Counted from the stretch's first letter, positions 12,042 through 22,769 are shown. The stretch: 64,000 nt of DNA from Vulcanimicrobiota bacterium (GCA_963812155.1 CAWETW010000001.1:736001-800000), one strand, 5' to 3'. Translations and numbers: made by a program. The notes: generated by a model from the letters alone, not told the origin.

Positions 12042-13272
12042 CTAATAGAAGAACTGCTGCAGTTGGCTGAACTGCGGCCCGAACGCCCATCCCATGCGCT
12101 TTGTCGGATTGAGCGCCGGCGCCGGTTCGGCAATCGCGAACGTGAAGCCGGTGATCGTCTCGATGAGATTGCCTTGTTCGTCGTAGACGACCAGCGCGCT
12201 GCCTTGGCTTCCGCTGCAATAGAACGGATCCGTGACGAGAAACAGCTTGTGCACGGGGTCGACCGCGATCCCCGCGCCGCTGTTGCTCTGGCTGGCGTTG
12301 CCGGTGCAGGGTAACTGGACGGCGGCGATTCCCGTCTTCTGTGTTGAGGTCGTAGAACTCGACTTGCGCGTTGAGCTCCGTGGTCGTCGCCGCAACGCCG
12401 GTATTGGGGTCGACCGCCAGTCCGTTGACGTACCCCGCATGGAACGGCCCGTTGTTATAGCCGTTGAACTTCGTCTGGTTGCCGTTCTGGAGATTGATGA
12501 GCACGTTGACGGGCGGCACACCGCCGACGCGGCCGCCGTCGGGCGAGAGCGCAAACACCGCTTCGTTGGCGGCCGTGTACTGGCCGAGTTGTGGGCCGTT
12601 GCCGCCGCCGAACAGGTTGGGGTCGAGGTGGATGACGTTGCTGAACGTATTGGCCGCAACGTCGGAGACGAAGAGATCCGGTTTGTCCTGGTTCTTTAAT
12701 TCGATGGCAAATAGGACGGCGGTCGACGTCGTCTGATTTTCGGCGCCGGATTGGACGTTGACGTCGGCGATCGACGGCGTCCAGTTGCCGGTGAACTTCC
12801 CTGCGGTCACCGGCGCGACCGTGCGATATTTGCGCGTCGCGTAAATGGTGCCCTTGGGCGTTACGAAGTGCGTGACGAGCGCCACGTCGCCCATGTAGAT
12901 GCCGTTGAGGGCGTAAGAGTTACGTTTGCCGATAGAGCTTGCGAACGATTTCGTAATCTTGCCGGTGTTCTGATCGAACGTTTCGACGGATACTTTGTAC
13001 ACGCCGGGCTGGGACGTGTCGGCGGCCGACGCGAGAATGCCGTCGGTGCCGTTTTGATTCACGTCGAACCCATAGATTTGACCGCCGTCCTTCGTCGTCA
13101 GAATTTTTCCGAGGCCGATCGTTCCCGGCACCGCCGAGCCGCCCGCTCGCGCAAAGAGTCCCGAATTTGCGGGAAGCGATGAGCCGGCCGGTGCGCCGGC
13201 ACCCTGCGAACAGGCGGATAGCGAAATAGCGATTCCAATGCAGACCGCTGCGTGCGAAACCGAACGATACAT
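12042..13272 (-). CDS. Beta-propeller lipoprotein; +1 frameshift near 12342
   Basis: Lipobox LSAC; GLAVDPNTG continues as KTGIAAVQLPC...GIAVDPVHKLF in the adjacent frame. Confidence 0.7.
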
Positions 13273-13336
13273 ACTTCCTCCAACGGGTGAGACCAGACAA
13301 GCCTAGGCAGCCATCATGAAGAATATCTGAAACGCC

Positions 13337-14185
13337 ATGCTCGGATTCGTTGTCGCCGCGGTGGCCGCCTCGGCCTCTCCTTCACCGGTGCCGTCTGCAT
13401 CCACGGATGCCGACGCGTACCGCATCTATGCCGCGGCGATGCGCGCACTTGCGACGCTCGACCAGCCGGCATTCATCGACGACACCGAACGGCGCATCAC
13501 GACCGCAACGGTGCCCGGAAGCGGCGACGTGCTGTCGACCGACGACCGCACGGACCGCGCGCTCTTCGATTCGACGCAGCGGCGGGAGGTCGTCTTCGCC
13601 GAGCCCGGCGATCACGAAGTCGTCATCGGCCCTTCGTACTTTGCGCCCGACACGTGGTTGATTGCGCGGCAGCAACAGCCTGCGCCGCAACCCTCGGCTC
13701 CCGATATGCTGCCCGACCTCTCGGATTTAAAGGTTATCGCCGACGTCACCGCCGTTGGCTCGCCGTCGTACGACGTACGGGTGGCGGAGCGAAATGGTGC
13801 GATCGCGCATCTCGTCTTGCATCCGCGCAAGGATCCCGTGAAACATAACTTGCGCGAGTTGTGGATCGACACCACAACGAGCCGCATTCTGCGCGCGATC
13901 GTCCAGGGCACGTACCGGCCGATGCCCGGAGAGGTGCTCGAAACGAGTTTCGCGCTTGAGGATTTCGGCCAGGTTGGGCCGTATTGGCTGGTGATTCACC
14001 GGAAGTGGACGTGGGCGCCGCCGTTTTCGGGAGTCTTGCTGCACTTCGAGGCGACCGTGCAGACGATGCGGTTTCCGCAGACGCTGCCGGCGTGGCTGTT
14101 CGACGAGCGCGCGTTTCGAGCGCATGCGGGCGAATTGCACGATGTGTTGGGGCCATCGCCGTCGCCGTCGCCCGCGACGCCTTAG
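13337..14185 (+). CDS. Hypothetical secreted protein
   Basis: Signal peptide, SPSP linkers, LRELWID motif; codon usage consistent with coding. Confidence 0.6.
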   Translation: MLGFVVAAVAASASPSPVPSASTDADAYRIYAAAMRALATLDQPAFIDDTERRITTATVPGSGDVLSTDDRTDRALFDSTQRREVVFAEPGDHEVVIGPSYFAPDTWLIARQQQPAPQPSAPDMLPDLSDLKVIADVTAVGSPSYDVRVAERNGAIAHLVLHPRKDPVKHNLRELWIDTTTSRILRAIVQGTYRPMPGEVLETSFALEDFGQVGPYWLVIHRKWTWAPPFSGVLLHFEATVQTMRFPQTLPAWLFDERAFRAHAGELHDVLGPSPSPSPATP

Positions 14186-14266
14186 GCCTCGTGCAGGGGG
14201 AGGGAGCGGCTGGATAGAACGTTCCAAGCTGCTGGTCCGTTTATGCATCAAAGGAGCAAACGCCAG

Positions 14267-15493
14267 ATGGAGATTTTCGACCCTCGTCGCTATGCATTTA
14301 GCATTTGCGTGACTGCTGCGATGCTCGCAGGCTGCAGCGGATCGCAGCCGCCGCTCGGGGCGCCCGGCTCGATCCCGCAAGCCTCAGCGATTGCATCGGC
14401 TCGCACAGTTGCGCATCGCATCCTGCCTGCGTGGTCTATTAAAGTGCTGCATAGCTTTGAGGGGCATCCCGACGGAGAGGCAGCGACAGCGGGCTTGGAC
14501 AACCTGAACGGCACGCTGTACGGCACGACCTTTTATGGCGGCACGCATGCGGTTGGAATCGTGTACAGTATCAGCACGGACGGCGCGGAGAAGGTGCTGC
14601 ATAGCTTTGGCAGCGGCTCCGACGGAATCTTCCCCTACGCGGGCTTGATCCACGTGCAGGGCACGCTATACGGGACGACTCGCGACGGCGGTACGTCGGA
14701 CAAAGGGACCGTCTACAGCATCAGCACGGACGGCGCGGAGAAGGTGCTGCACAGCTTCGGCGGCGGGTCCGACGGAGCGAAGCCCTTTGCGAGCTTGACC
14801 GACGTTGGCGGTACGCTGTACGGCACCACCTCCGAAGGCGGCCCGTCGGACAAAGGGACCGTGTACAGCATCAGCACGGACGGCCAGGAGAAGGTTCTGT
14901 ACAGCTTTGGCGGCGGCTCCGACGGAGCGAAGCCCAGCGCGTACTTGACCGACGTAGACGGGACGCTGTACGGCACGACTCGCTACGGCGGCACGTCGGA
15001 CAAAGGGACCGTCTACAGCATCAGCACGGACGGCAGGGAGAAGGTACTGTACAGCTTTAGCGGCGGCTCCGACGGAGCGTATCCCGGTGAGGGGTTAACC
15101 AACGTGGGCAACACGCTGTACGGCACGGCCGACGAAGGCGGCACGGCGGACAAAGGCATCGTATACAGCATCGAGCGCTCCGGGGCGGAGAAGGTGCTCC
15201 ACAGCTTTGGTGGCGGCTCCGACGGAGCGCTCCCCATTGGGGGCTTGATCGACGTAAAGGGCACGCTGTACGGCACGACCTTTCTTGGTGGTCCTTACGG
15301 ATGTTTCCGATCGGGCTGCGGAACCGTGTACAGCATCAGCACGGACGGCACCGAGAAAGTGCTGTACAGCTTTGACGGCTCCGATGGAGCGAAGCCCCAA
15401 GCCCGCTTGCTCCACCATAACGGCGCGCTGTACGGCACGACTCCCGAGGGCGGCATGCATAACCTAGGAAATGTGTACGAGCTGACGCCGTAG
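14267..15493 (+). CDS. Lipoprotein with GloVer-type tandem repeats (about seven 50-aa units)
   Basis: AAGGAG RBS; lipobox LAGC; GTLYGTTxxGGxxxxGTVYSISTDGxEKVLxSFxGGSDG repeating with a 150-bp period. Confidence 0.85.
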   Translation: MEIFDPRRYAFSICVTAAMLAGCSGSQPPLGAPGSIPQASAIASARTVAHRILPAWSIKVLHSFEGHPDGEAATAGLDNLNGTLYGTTFYGGTHAVGIVYSISTDGAEKVLHSFGSGSDGIFPYAGLIHVQGTLYGTTRDGGTSDKGTVYSISTDGAEKVLHSFGGGSDGAKPFASLTDVGGTLYGTTSEGGPSDKGTVYSISTDGQEKVLYSFGGGSDGAKPSAYLTDVDGTLYGTTRYGGTSDKGTVYSISTDGREKVLYSFSGGSDGAYPGEGLTNVGNTLYGTADEGGTADKGIVYSIERSGAEKVLHSFGGGSDGALPIGGLIDVKGTLYGTTFLGGPYGCFRSGCGTVYSISTDGTEKVLYSFDGSDGAKPQARLLHHNGALYGTTPEGGMHNLGNVYELTP

Positions 15494-15535
15494 CTCAATC
15501 GCGCACGCAACTGCGAGATGTGACACCCGGGCGGG

Positions 15536-16084
15536 TTATGGGCGTTCGATCACCGTGAGAAAGGTGACGACGTCCCATGCATTGCGGATGCCGATGAACG
15601 TGAGTAGCAGAACGCCGGCGGCAACCGCGTACAGCGCGGGCGCGGCAGCACGCGAAAGCGCGATGGCTCCGCCGACGATCGCGCAATACGCGACGAACGG
15701 CATAATCGTGTACCACACCCAATCCTCGAGATCCGGTACGTAACCGGCCTCGGCCGCGCTCTCCGCGCTGGCCTGCCGCGTCCGCAGAATCACGCGCAGC
15801 GAGTACACAAGTCCGTAAAGCGCGCCTAAGCCGATCGTAATGTCGGCGCCCACCAGCGAGTGCCACGGCGCAATCAGCACGGCCGAGACGAACAGCGCGC
15901 CGCAGAAATGCATGACGTTCGGCGAGCTGTAAGTCGACAGGCCGTCGCGAGTGGGTTGCCTGCGTTCCATGCCTGCCACCAGCGTGATGACGACGAACAT
16001 GAGGCCGATGAGCGCGGCATCCGACGTGCACATCGTTGCGAAAAACGTCGACCAGCCCGGCAACACCGACGCACTCTCAGCCAT
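15536..16084 (-). CDS. Hypothetical integral membrane protein
   Basis: Several hydrophobic helices; ALIGLMFVVITL, DWVWY, IGIRNAWD; start overlaps the upstream stop. Confidence 0.7.
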   Translation of the reverse strand: MAESASVLPGWSTFFATMCTSDAALIGLMFVVITLVAGMERRQPTRDGLSTYSSPNVMHFCGALFVSAVLIAPWHSLVGADITIGLGALYGLVYSLRVILRTRQASAESAAEAGYVPDLEDWVWYTIMPFVAYCAIVGGAIALSRAAAPALYAVAAGVLLLTFIGIRNAWDVVTFLTVIERP

Positions 16085-17423
16085 TACGCGAACCCTTGGC
16101 GTTGAGCGCCGATGCGGCCTCTGCAGCGGCACGTTCGCCCGTTTCGATCGCGCCGTTGACCGTGCCGCCCTGGCCGTCGGTGGAGCATGCTTCGCCCGCG
16201 AAGAACAGCGTGCCGTCGACCGCTGCGGCGAGCGTTGGGCGCGCACCCATTCCGCCCGTAAGCACGTAGCTGTAGGCGCCGCGCGAGAAGGGATCGTGCA
16301 CCCAATCGTGCGTGAGGGCGCCGGTGAACTCCTTACGCGCGAGTTGCGGTTCGCCGAACAGCTCGCCAAAATCGTGCACGGCGGCGGCGATGATATCGTC
16401 GTGCGGCATACGTGCGACCGCCTCGGCGTTTGGACCACCGATCCACGCCATCACGAGTTCGCCCGGCATCGGCTCTTGCGTCCAATATCCCGCAAAGCGG
16501 CCGCCGTGCGTGCGGAAGAATGCCGCGTCGCGATAGCGTCCGTCCGCAAGGCGTTTCCAGAATGCCGAGCGGAACGTGAGCGCGACTTTGACGACGGGTC
16601 CCATCTCGATGAAGCGCAACGCATCGCGCTTTTCGGCGGGCAACTCCGGTTCGAACGATACGGCGGAGTCATCGCCCTCGTGGCGCAGCACGCCGACGGG
16701 CAACGTGACGACCGCGGCGCGGGCATGGTACGTTTGCGGAAGTTCGCCTTTGGCTATCGCCTCAACGGCCACCGCACCGGTGCGCCACGAAACGCTTTGC
16801 ACGACGGTCGAACGATGGATGCATGCGCCGGCGTTTTCACATTCCGACTGCAGCAGCGCAAACATCGGTGCGTAGGTGCCGATTGGCCTGACGGACGACG
16901 CATCGGTTCCCGATTGAAACTCTTGCGCGATGGATTTTACACTTGCGACGGCGGGGTCGGCGGCGTCGAAGCCCTCGACGAAGGCACGCGCGGCGGCGGT
17001 GGTTTCGCGCATGGCGGGGTCGGAATCGAACCTACTGAGGAACGTGTCCACGGTTTCGTCGCCGGCGAGTTCTTCGGCACGCTCGAATATTGACGCTGAG
17101 AACGTCGAATCGCGATCCGCGCGCTGAAGCGCTCCCTGCGCGTCGGGAATCCACAACGCGTCACCGAGTGGGGCCGTCGCCGTGCCGGCGGCGGTAAGCA
17201 GCTCCATGGTGCGGCGCGCCGATCCGTGTACGAACTCGGCACCGAGTTCGGCGCGAATGCGGTGCGGGCCGACGGCCTCCGACCATACGCGGCCGCCGAT
17301 GCGATCGCGCGCCTCGAGGACGACGACGCTGTAGCCCCGACGCGCAAGCGTGCGCGCAGCCGCCACGCCGGCGGCGCCGGCGCCGATGACAATGACGTCT
17401 GAGGCGTCCGTTCGACTACGCAT
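16077..17423 (-). CDS. Flavin monoamine oxidase family FAD-dependent oxidoreductase
   Basis: VIVIGAGAAG, LEARDRIGGR, ELGAEFVHG, DPFSRGAYS, LFFAGEA, GTVNGAIETG. Confidence 0.9.
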   Translation of the reverse strand: MRSRTDASDVIVIGAGAAGVAAARTLARRGYSVVVLEARDRIGGRVWSEAVGPHRIRAELGAEFVHGSARRTMELLTAAGTATAPLGDALWIPDAQGALQRADRDSTFSASIFERAEELAGDETVDTFLSRFDSDPAMRETTAAARAFVEGFDAADPAVASVKSIAQEFQSGTDASSVRPIGTYAPMFALLQSECENAGACIHRSTVVQSVSWRTGAVAVEAIAKGELPQTYHARAAVVTLPVGVLRHEGDDSAVSFEPELPAEKRDALRFIEMGPVVKVALTFRSAFWKRLADGRYRDAAFFRTHGGRFAGYWTQEPMPGELVMAWIGGPNAEAVARMPHDDIIAAAVHDFGELFGEPQLARKEFTGALTHDWVHDPFSRGAYSYVLTGGMGARPTLAAAVDGTLFFAGEACSTDGQGGTVNGAIETGERAAAEAASALNAKGSRNG

Positions 17424-17437
17424 TTACTCAGGCCGCG

Positions 17438-17554
17438 CTTCGACGCCGCGTGCTTCGCACGCTTCGCTCAGCGTGACACCTTGGGTGACACATCGCAGGG
17501 GCGCTCAGCGTGACACAAACGCGTGACGCACTTTTTGAGGCGGTCAGTGTGACA
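17438..17554. repeat. Cluster of REP-like elements: one full copy (17438-17478) plus partial GTGACA-ending copies
   Basis: GCTCAGCGTGACA occurs twice and GTGAC(A/G) three more times. Confidence 0.7.
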
Positions 17555-18026
17555 CGGTCGGGAGGTAGAGGCGTGGGCCGGAGTCTCGGAAGCCGAACGA
17601 GCGGTAGAAGGCGACGGAGCGCGCGAAGCTCGGGTCGAGCGTCGCGGTGACCTCGAGTCTGTTCCACTTCTTCTGCAGTGCGATCTCACGCGCGTACTCC
17701 AGCATCGCTTGCCCGACGCCCTGCGAGCGCATCTCCGGCACGATGTAAAACTCCTGAATAGTGCCGAAATAGCCGCCGGCGTACGGTGCGCACGATTCGC
17801 AGAGCGTCAACACGCCGATTGGGTCGCGTTCGACGGTGCCGATCGGTTCTTCGCTATGCGGCGCGAATGCCAGCAACGCACGATAGCGTGGCTCCTCGGC
17901 GATGAGCGTCGCCGTCACGTTTTCAGGTGCGGCGTTTTCCGGAGGGACGTGGCCGATTTCTTGATAGAGCCGCATGAGGAGTTTCGCGACGCTTCCGCTC
18001 TCGTCGGGAACGGCTTCTCGTATCAA
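17544..18026 (-). CDS. GNAT family N-acetyltransferase
   Basis: IQEFYIVPEMRSQGVGQAML, AFYRSFGF. Confidence 0.85.
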   Translation of the reverse strand: MIREAVPDESGSVAKLLMRLYQEIGHVPPENAAPENVTATLIAEEPRYRALLAFAPHSEEPIGTVERDPIGVLTLCESCAPYAGGYFGTIQEFYIVPEMRSQGVGQAMLEYAREIALQKKWNRLEVTATLDPSFARSVAFYRSFGFRDSGPRLYLPTVSH

Positions 18027-18029
18027 CGC

Positions 18030-19097
18030 TTACGGCTCGAGTGCGAGGGGACCTGGCGCAAAGTCGTGCAACGCAATCCGCTGCACGCGGTTGCCGGTTC
18101 GCGGATGATACACTTCGATGCTGCGTTTGCCGTCGGTTGAGACGTAGAGTCTTCCGTCGAGCGGACTCACCGCGAGCTCGAATGGCCGGCGTGCGAGGCT
18201 CTCGACCGAATGCGGGCAATCGCGGAAGCTGCAAAAGAAAATATGGCCGTCGGTTCCAACGCCTCTCTGCGCGAGGTAGAGATTCCCGGAACGGTCGCCA
18301 ACGAATGCTTCGAGGTTCGGTCCCCGAAAAATCTGCCGCGCGAATTGGCCCGACTTGACGTCGTAGACGTTGACAACCCTGGCCCCGGAGCTTTTTAAAA
18401 GCGGCGCAATCAACGTACCGCCGGTGTTGACGGCGAGCGCAACCGGCTCGTCGGTGCCGATCTTTAGAGAGGCCGTTTGATTGGACGAGCGCACGTGATA
18501 ACGCGTCAGCGAGTGCACTCCCAATCCTTCATATCCGACCCACAGGTCGTCGCCTGACACGAGCGTGACCAGCGGCCTGAGGATCGACTTGATCTCGATG
18601 GCAGGGTTGGTCTCCGTGTTCGGCCGGTAAATCTTGATATCGCCGCCGACGAGCGATTTCGTATTGACGTACAAGTAATCTGCGCTGTCGACGGCGACGG
18701 AGCTGCGGTCCCATCGCGGAAGGCCGCGGATCGTGCGTACGATGTCGAGGTTGCTAATATTCGCCTCGACCACCTCGTAAGCGCCGTCGCCCGCGGTATC
18801 GTTATAGCCGATATAGAGGTGCCCTCGGCGGTCGAACGCCAACGAATTCGGCACGTATCGCGCGCCGGGAAAGACGAGTTCTTTGGTGAAATTGTCGCTG
18901 TGCGGCGGGAAGATCCACACACGCTGCGCGGCGAGATTGTCGCGATTGATGACGGCAAGCGTGCCGCTACCGAGCGCTACCGGCGGGTTCGGAGAACTCG
19001 TCAGCGGCGGCGGGACGGTGACTGCATTGCCGGTGCAGCCGGCGCAGAGTAAGGCTGCGACGACCCACGAGAAACTCCGGCGTAGCGAACGAGACAT
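18030..19097 (-). CDS. Beta-propeller (NHL/YncE-like) lipoprotein
   Basis: Lipobox CAGC; SLAFDRRGHLYI, VAVDSADYLYV, DRSGNLYL, LAVSPLDGRLYV. Confidence 0.7.
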   Translation of the reverse strand: MSRSLRRSFSWVVAALLCAGCTGNAVTVPPPLTSSPNPPVALGSGTLAVINRDNLAAQRVWIFPPHSDNFTKELVFPGARYVPNSLAFDRRGHLYIGYNDTAGDGAYEVVEANISNLDIVRTIRGLPRWDRSSVAVDSADYLYVNTKSLVGGDIKIYRPNTETNPAIEIKSILRPLVTLVSGDDLWVGYEGLGVHSLTRYHVRSSNQTASLKIGTDEPVALAVNTGGTLIAPLLKSSGARVVNVYDVKSGQFARQIFRGPNLEAFVGDRSGNLYLAQRGVGTDGHIFFCSFRDCPHSVESLARRPFELAVSPLDGRLYVSTDGKRSIEVYHPRTGNRVQRIALHDFAPGPLALEP

Positions 19098-19222
19098 AGC
19101 GTGCATCCTCCGAGGACCCCCCGTTCGGCTTGCGCCAACACCGTTACTGCTCTGTGACGTTCGTGCTTTCGGGCGACATTCTCGCCTGCTAACGTGAGTA
19201 CGTGAGCCACGCACGTTCCGTG

Positions 19223-20479
19223 ATGCAACCCAAGCCGGTACCATTTATCCCGCCGCTGCCGCTGCTGTTCGCGCAAGCGATGCTGCTGGTTTCGTGGGGA
19301 GCGCTGTTTGCAGCCGAAGCCTCGCCTGCCGGCGCGCTCTCGCCCGTCCGGTTGGTCTGGATTCATGCCGCTGCGTTGGGATGGATCACGACGACCGCAC
19401 TCGCGTTCGTGACGCACGTCGTGCCCGCAGTCACCGACGTCACATGGCGTTTCCCACGGCTCGCCAGGCGATCTATTTTGGTGCACATGGCGGGCGTCGT
19501 GTTCCTGCTGCTTGGATTCTCGTTTTGGCAGCCGGCCGTCATTGCTGCCGGCGGAGCGGTCGTCACGATTGGAATTGCAGCCTATGCGGCGGCGTTCTTC
19601 GCAACCGTCGTCACCGCGTTGCGCGACGGCGACGCCGCCGCGCGCACGATCGCGCGTGCCTTCTGCCTCGTCGTCTCGGCGCTGCTCGCGGCCGTTGTGC
19701 TCGGATTTATCATGGCTGCGGCATTGACGGGCGGACGGCCGGCGCTGCTGCAGCTGGCGCCGATTCACGGGGCGCTCGGCGTCGTCGGCTGGATCGCGCT
19801 GCTGGTCGCCGGCGTCTCGGCGCGTACGTTCAATCGTCTCATCGGGCGAAGCGACCGGCGGCGCGCGCACGTGACGATTTCTTCGACGGCATTCGCGGGG
19901 CTGATCGTGTGGATCGCGGGTTCGGCGACGCACGTGCGTGCCGTTGCGGTGTTCGGTGGAATATTGCTGGCGGTCAGCGCGTTGCTCTATGCCGTTACGA
20001 CGCTGCGCGCGCTACGTGCACCCTCGGCACGCCACCGGTTGCCACGCGAGTTCATTTTCGCATCGATGGTGTGGCTGATCGTCGCATCGCTGCTGGGCGT
20101 AACGACGATTGCCGGCTACGATCTCTCCTCGGCGATGCTCTTCCTACTGCTGGTGGGATGGGTCGGTCAAACGCTCAACGCGCACCTCATGCACACCGGC
20201 ATTCGTGTGCTGGCCACGATCGCGATCTACGACGACGACGAAACCGAACCGATCGAACTGCTCGATCGCCGCTGGGGTCTCGCCTCGCTGGCCATCAATC
20301 AAATTGCCGTCTTGTGCGGCGCGCTCGGACTATCCATAGGTTCCGCGCCGCTGCTGCGCATTGCGGCGCTGGCGGGCATCGCCGCGATGCTCGCCATGGC
20401 CGCCAACGTGCGCCACGCACTCGAGGTGGCGCGGTCGGTGCGGTCACGTTCCATTCGCCGCGTCAGCCCTAGCCACTGA
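19223..20479 (+). CDS. Polytopic membrane protein with repeated H-x(4-6)-GW helices (NnrS / heme-copper oxidase subunit I-like)
   Basis: About 12 hydrophobic segments; WIHAAALGW, PIHGALGVVGW, LLVGW...NAHLMH. Confidence 0.5.
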   Translation: MQPKPVPFIPPLPLLFAQAMLLVSWGALFAAEASPAGALSPVRLVWIHAAALGWITTTALAFVTHVVPAVTDVTWRFPRLARRSILVHMAGVVFLLLGFSFWQPAVIAAGGAVVTIGIAAYAAAFFATVVTALRDGDAAARTIARAFCLVVSALLAAVVLGFIMAAALTGGRPALLQLAPIHGALGVVGWIALLVAGVSARTFNRLIGRSDRRRAHVTISSTAFAGLIVWIAGSATHVRAVAVFGGILLAVSALLYAVTTLRALRAPSARHRLPREFIFASMVWLIVASLLGVTTIAGYDLSSAMLFLLLVGWVGQTLNAHLMHTGIRVLATIAIYDDDETEPIELLDRRWGLASLAINQIAVLCGALGLSIGSAPLLRIAALAGIAAMLAMAANVRHALEVARSVRSRSIRRVSPSH

Positions 20480-20687
20480 TAAGGGAGACTATCATCAGCG
20501 ACGACGCAGGACGCAGCGCGGCGCACAGACCGCCAGATATTTGAAGGTGCAAGAAATAGCGGGATCGCCGCACTGCGTAGGAAGGCGCTGTGGCCCCGCG
20601 GCTGAAGAGTCCGAGGTACTTCGCCTTTTCCACGCGGTCTGACGGCAGTCTTCCTCGCCGTCTTGGCTCCGCACGAAAGGACGGCGC

Positions 20688-22769
20688 ATGGTACGGATCC
20701 TTCTCATCACCCTCGCACTGAGTCTTATTCCTCAGCGCACGCTCTCCGACGAGGGCATGTGGACGTTCGATAACTTCCCGGCTGATCGCGTCGGTCGGGC
20801 ATACGGTTTTACACCGTCGCCGCAGTGGCTCGACCGCGTCCGATTAGCCTCGTTGCGGCTGCTGCCCGCCGGCTGCTCGGCGTCGTTCGTTTCTCCGAAC
20901 GGGATCGTCATGACGGCGCGACACTGCATCGACGACTGCATCCACGACCTGTCGACGCCGCAGCAAGATCTCGCCCAGATCGGCTTCGTTGCGCCCACAC
21001 CCGCTGACGAGCGGCGCTGCCCTGCTTTCGAGTTAGATCAACTCGTGCAGGTTCGCAACGTAACCGACCAAATCCGAGCAGCCATGCGCGGCAAGACGGG
21101 CGTCGAACAAACTATGGCGTTAAACGCTGGGCGCGCGAAGCTCGAGCAGAGCTGTGGGGACGACGCGAGTACCCGTTGCGATCTCGTCTCGCTGTACGAG
21201 GGCGGCGTTTACGATCTTTATCGGTACCACCGATTTACTGACGTGCGACTCGCCTTTTCTCCCGAAGAGGCTATTTCGTATTTTGGTGGCGACCCCGACA
21301 ATTTTAACTTTCCACGTTATGCTTATGACGTCTGCTTCTTGCGCGCGTACGATGGCGGCAAAGGCGCGAGCGCTTCCGATTATTTCCGATGGAGCCGGAA
21401 CGGCTCCAAGCCCGGCGAGCTCACGTTCGTCTCCGGTAACCCCGCAACCACGAGTCGCGAGCTAACCGTCTCAGAGCTGCGTTACGTTCGGGACGAAGCG
21501 TGGCCTTATTGGCTGGTGGCCTTTGCCGAGTACCGCGGCCTACTCGAACGCTTTTCTAGCGAAAGTCCGCAACGTTCTAGCGAAGCCGAACCAACTCTCA
21601 ATAATGTGGAGAATTCCTATAAGAGCATGCTCGGAAACGAAAAAGCCCTCCTCACTCCAGCATTCTTTGCAGCCAAAGAAGCCCAGGAACGGCGCCTTCA
21701 GTCGGCCGTCGCCGCGAACCCGTCGCTCGCCGGCCGGTTCGGGTCGGCGTGGGACGAAATGGCCGCGATCCAAGGCAAACGACTACAGCTCGGTGCCACG
21801 CGTGCAATAGGTAGCATCATCAGCTTTGATGATTCGGGTCTCCTTGACTACGCCCTCACGCTAGTGCAGGCGGCGGCTGAACGCGTAAAACCAAACGCCG
21901 AACGCCTGCCGGAGTTCACCGATCAGGCGTTGACAGAGGTCGAGCAGCAGCTCGAAGCGCCCACGCCGATCTACACCGATTTCGAGGAACTGCGGCTCGG
22001 TTTTGCGTTTACGTTCGCGCAACGCCAGCTCGGTCCCGACGATCCTTTCGTTCACAAGCTGTTAGGCAACGAATCGCCCGAAGAGCTGGCACAGCGGCTC
22101 GTCCGCGGCACGCAGCTCGCCGATCCGAAGGTGCGTAAGGCGCTCTACGCAGGAGGCGCGGCGGCGATCGCTGCGTCGACGGACCCGATGATTCGCCTCG
22201 CCGTTACAATCGATCCGGAAGTGCGCGCCGTGCGCCAGCAAGTCGACGCTGAGTTCAGCGCTCCGAGCCGGACCGCCGCCGAGCGAATTGCGCGAGCTCG
22301 ATTTGCCGTCTATGGAACCAGTATCGATCCCGATGCGACAGGCACCTTACGTCTCTCCTACGGCGCGGTTAAGGGATTTACCGACGCCGGAGGACGTTTG
22401 GTCGAGCCGTACACGACGATCGCCGGCCTGTACTATCGTGCGACCGGCGCCCCGCCGTTTGCCCTTCCGCAGAGCTGGGTGCTGGCGAAGGCGTCGCTCG
22501 ACCTTTCCACACCGATGAATTTCGTGACGACGAACGACACGATCGGCGGCTACTCCGGAAGCCCCGCGCTGAACCGGGAGGCGGAGATCGTCGGTGTCTT
22601 CTTTGACACGAACATCTTCGGCCTCGGCGGTAACTACGAGTACGAGGCGGCTACCAATCGTGCGGTTTTCGTGGACAGCCGCACGATATTGGCAGGATTA
22701 CGGCAGGTCTATCATGCCGACCGAATCTTTGCGGAGATCGAGCCGGGTCAGTCGACGCAACGCGATTGA
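20688..22769 (+). CDS. S46 family dipeptidyl peptidase
   Basis: DEGMW, GCSASFVS, TARHC, FGGDPDNF, PDATGTLRLSYG, GGYSGSP. Confidence 0.92.
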   Translation: MVRILLITLALSLIPQRTLSDEGMWTFDNFPADRVGRAYGFTPSPQWLDRVRLASLRLLPAGCSASFVSPNGIVMTARHCIDDCIHDLSTPQQDLAQIGFVAPTPADERRCPAFELDQLVQVRNVTDQIRAAMRGKTGVEQTMALNAGRAKLEQSCGDDASTRCDLVSLYEGGVYDLYRYHRFTDVRLAFSPEEAISYFGGDPDNFNFPRYAYDVCFLRAYDGGKGASASDYFRWSRNGSKPGELTFVSGNPATTSRELTVSELRYVRDEAWPYWLVAFAEYRGLLERFSSESPQRSSEAEPTLNNVENSYKSMLGNEKALLTPAFFAAKEAQERRLQSAVAANPSLAGRFGSAWDEMAAIQGKRLQLGATRAIGSIISFDDSGLLDYALTLVQAAAERVKPNAERLPEFTDQALTEVEQQLEAPTPIYTDFEELRLGFAFTFAQRQLGPDDPFVHKLLGNESPEELAQRLVRGTQLADPKVRKALYAGGAAAIAASTDPMIRLAVTIDPEVRAVRQQVDAEFSAPSRTAAERIARARFAVYGTSIDPDATGTLRLSYGAVKGFTDAGGRLVEPYTTIAGLYYRATGAPPFALPQSWVLAKASLDLSTPMNFVTTNDTIGGYSGSPALNREAEIVGVFFDTNIFGLGGNYEYEAATNRAVFVDSRTILAGLRQVYHADRIFAEIEPGQSTQRD

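Noticed and set aside
14217..14241. GAAC-N17-CGTT ECF-type promoter upstream of the GloVer gene
   Set aside because: Only 8 informative bases, and I found no matching motif upstream of the local ECF sigma gene
14440..15490. DGR template/variable repeat pair
   Set aside because: Repeats are in-frame protein repeats, differences are not adenine-specific, and there is no reverse transcriptase
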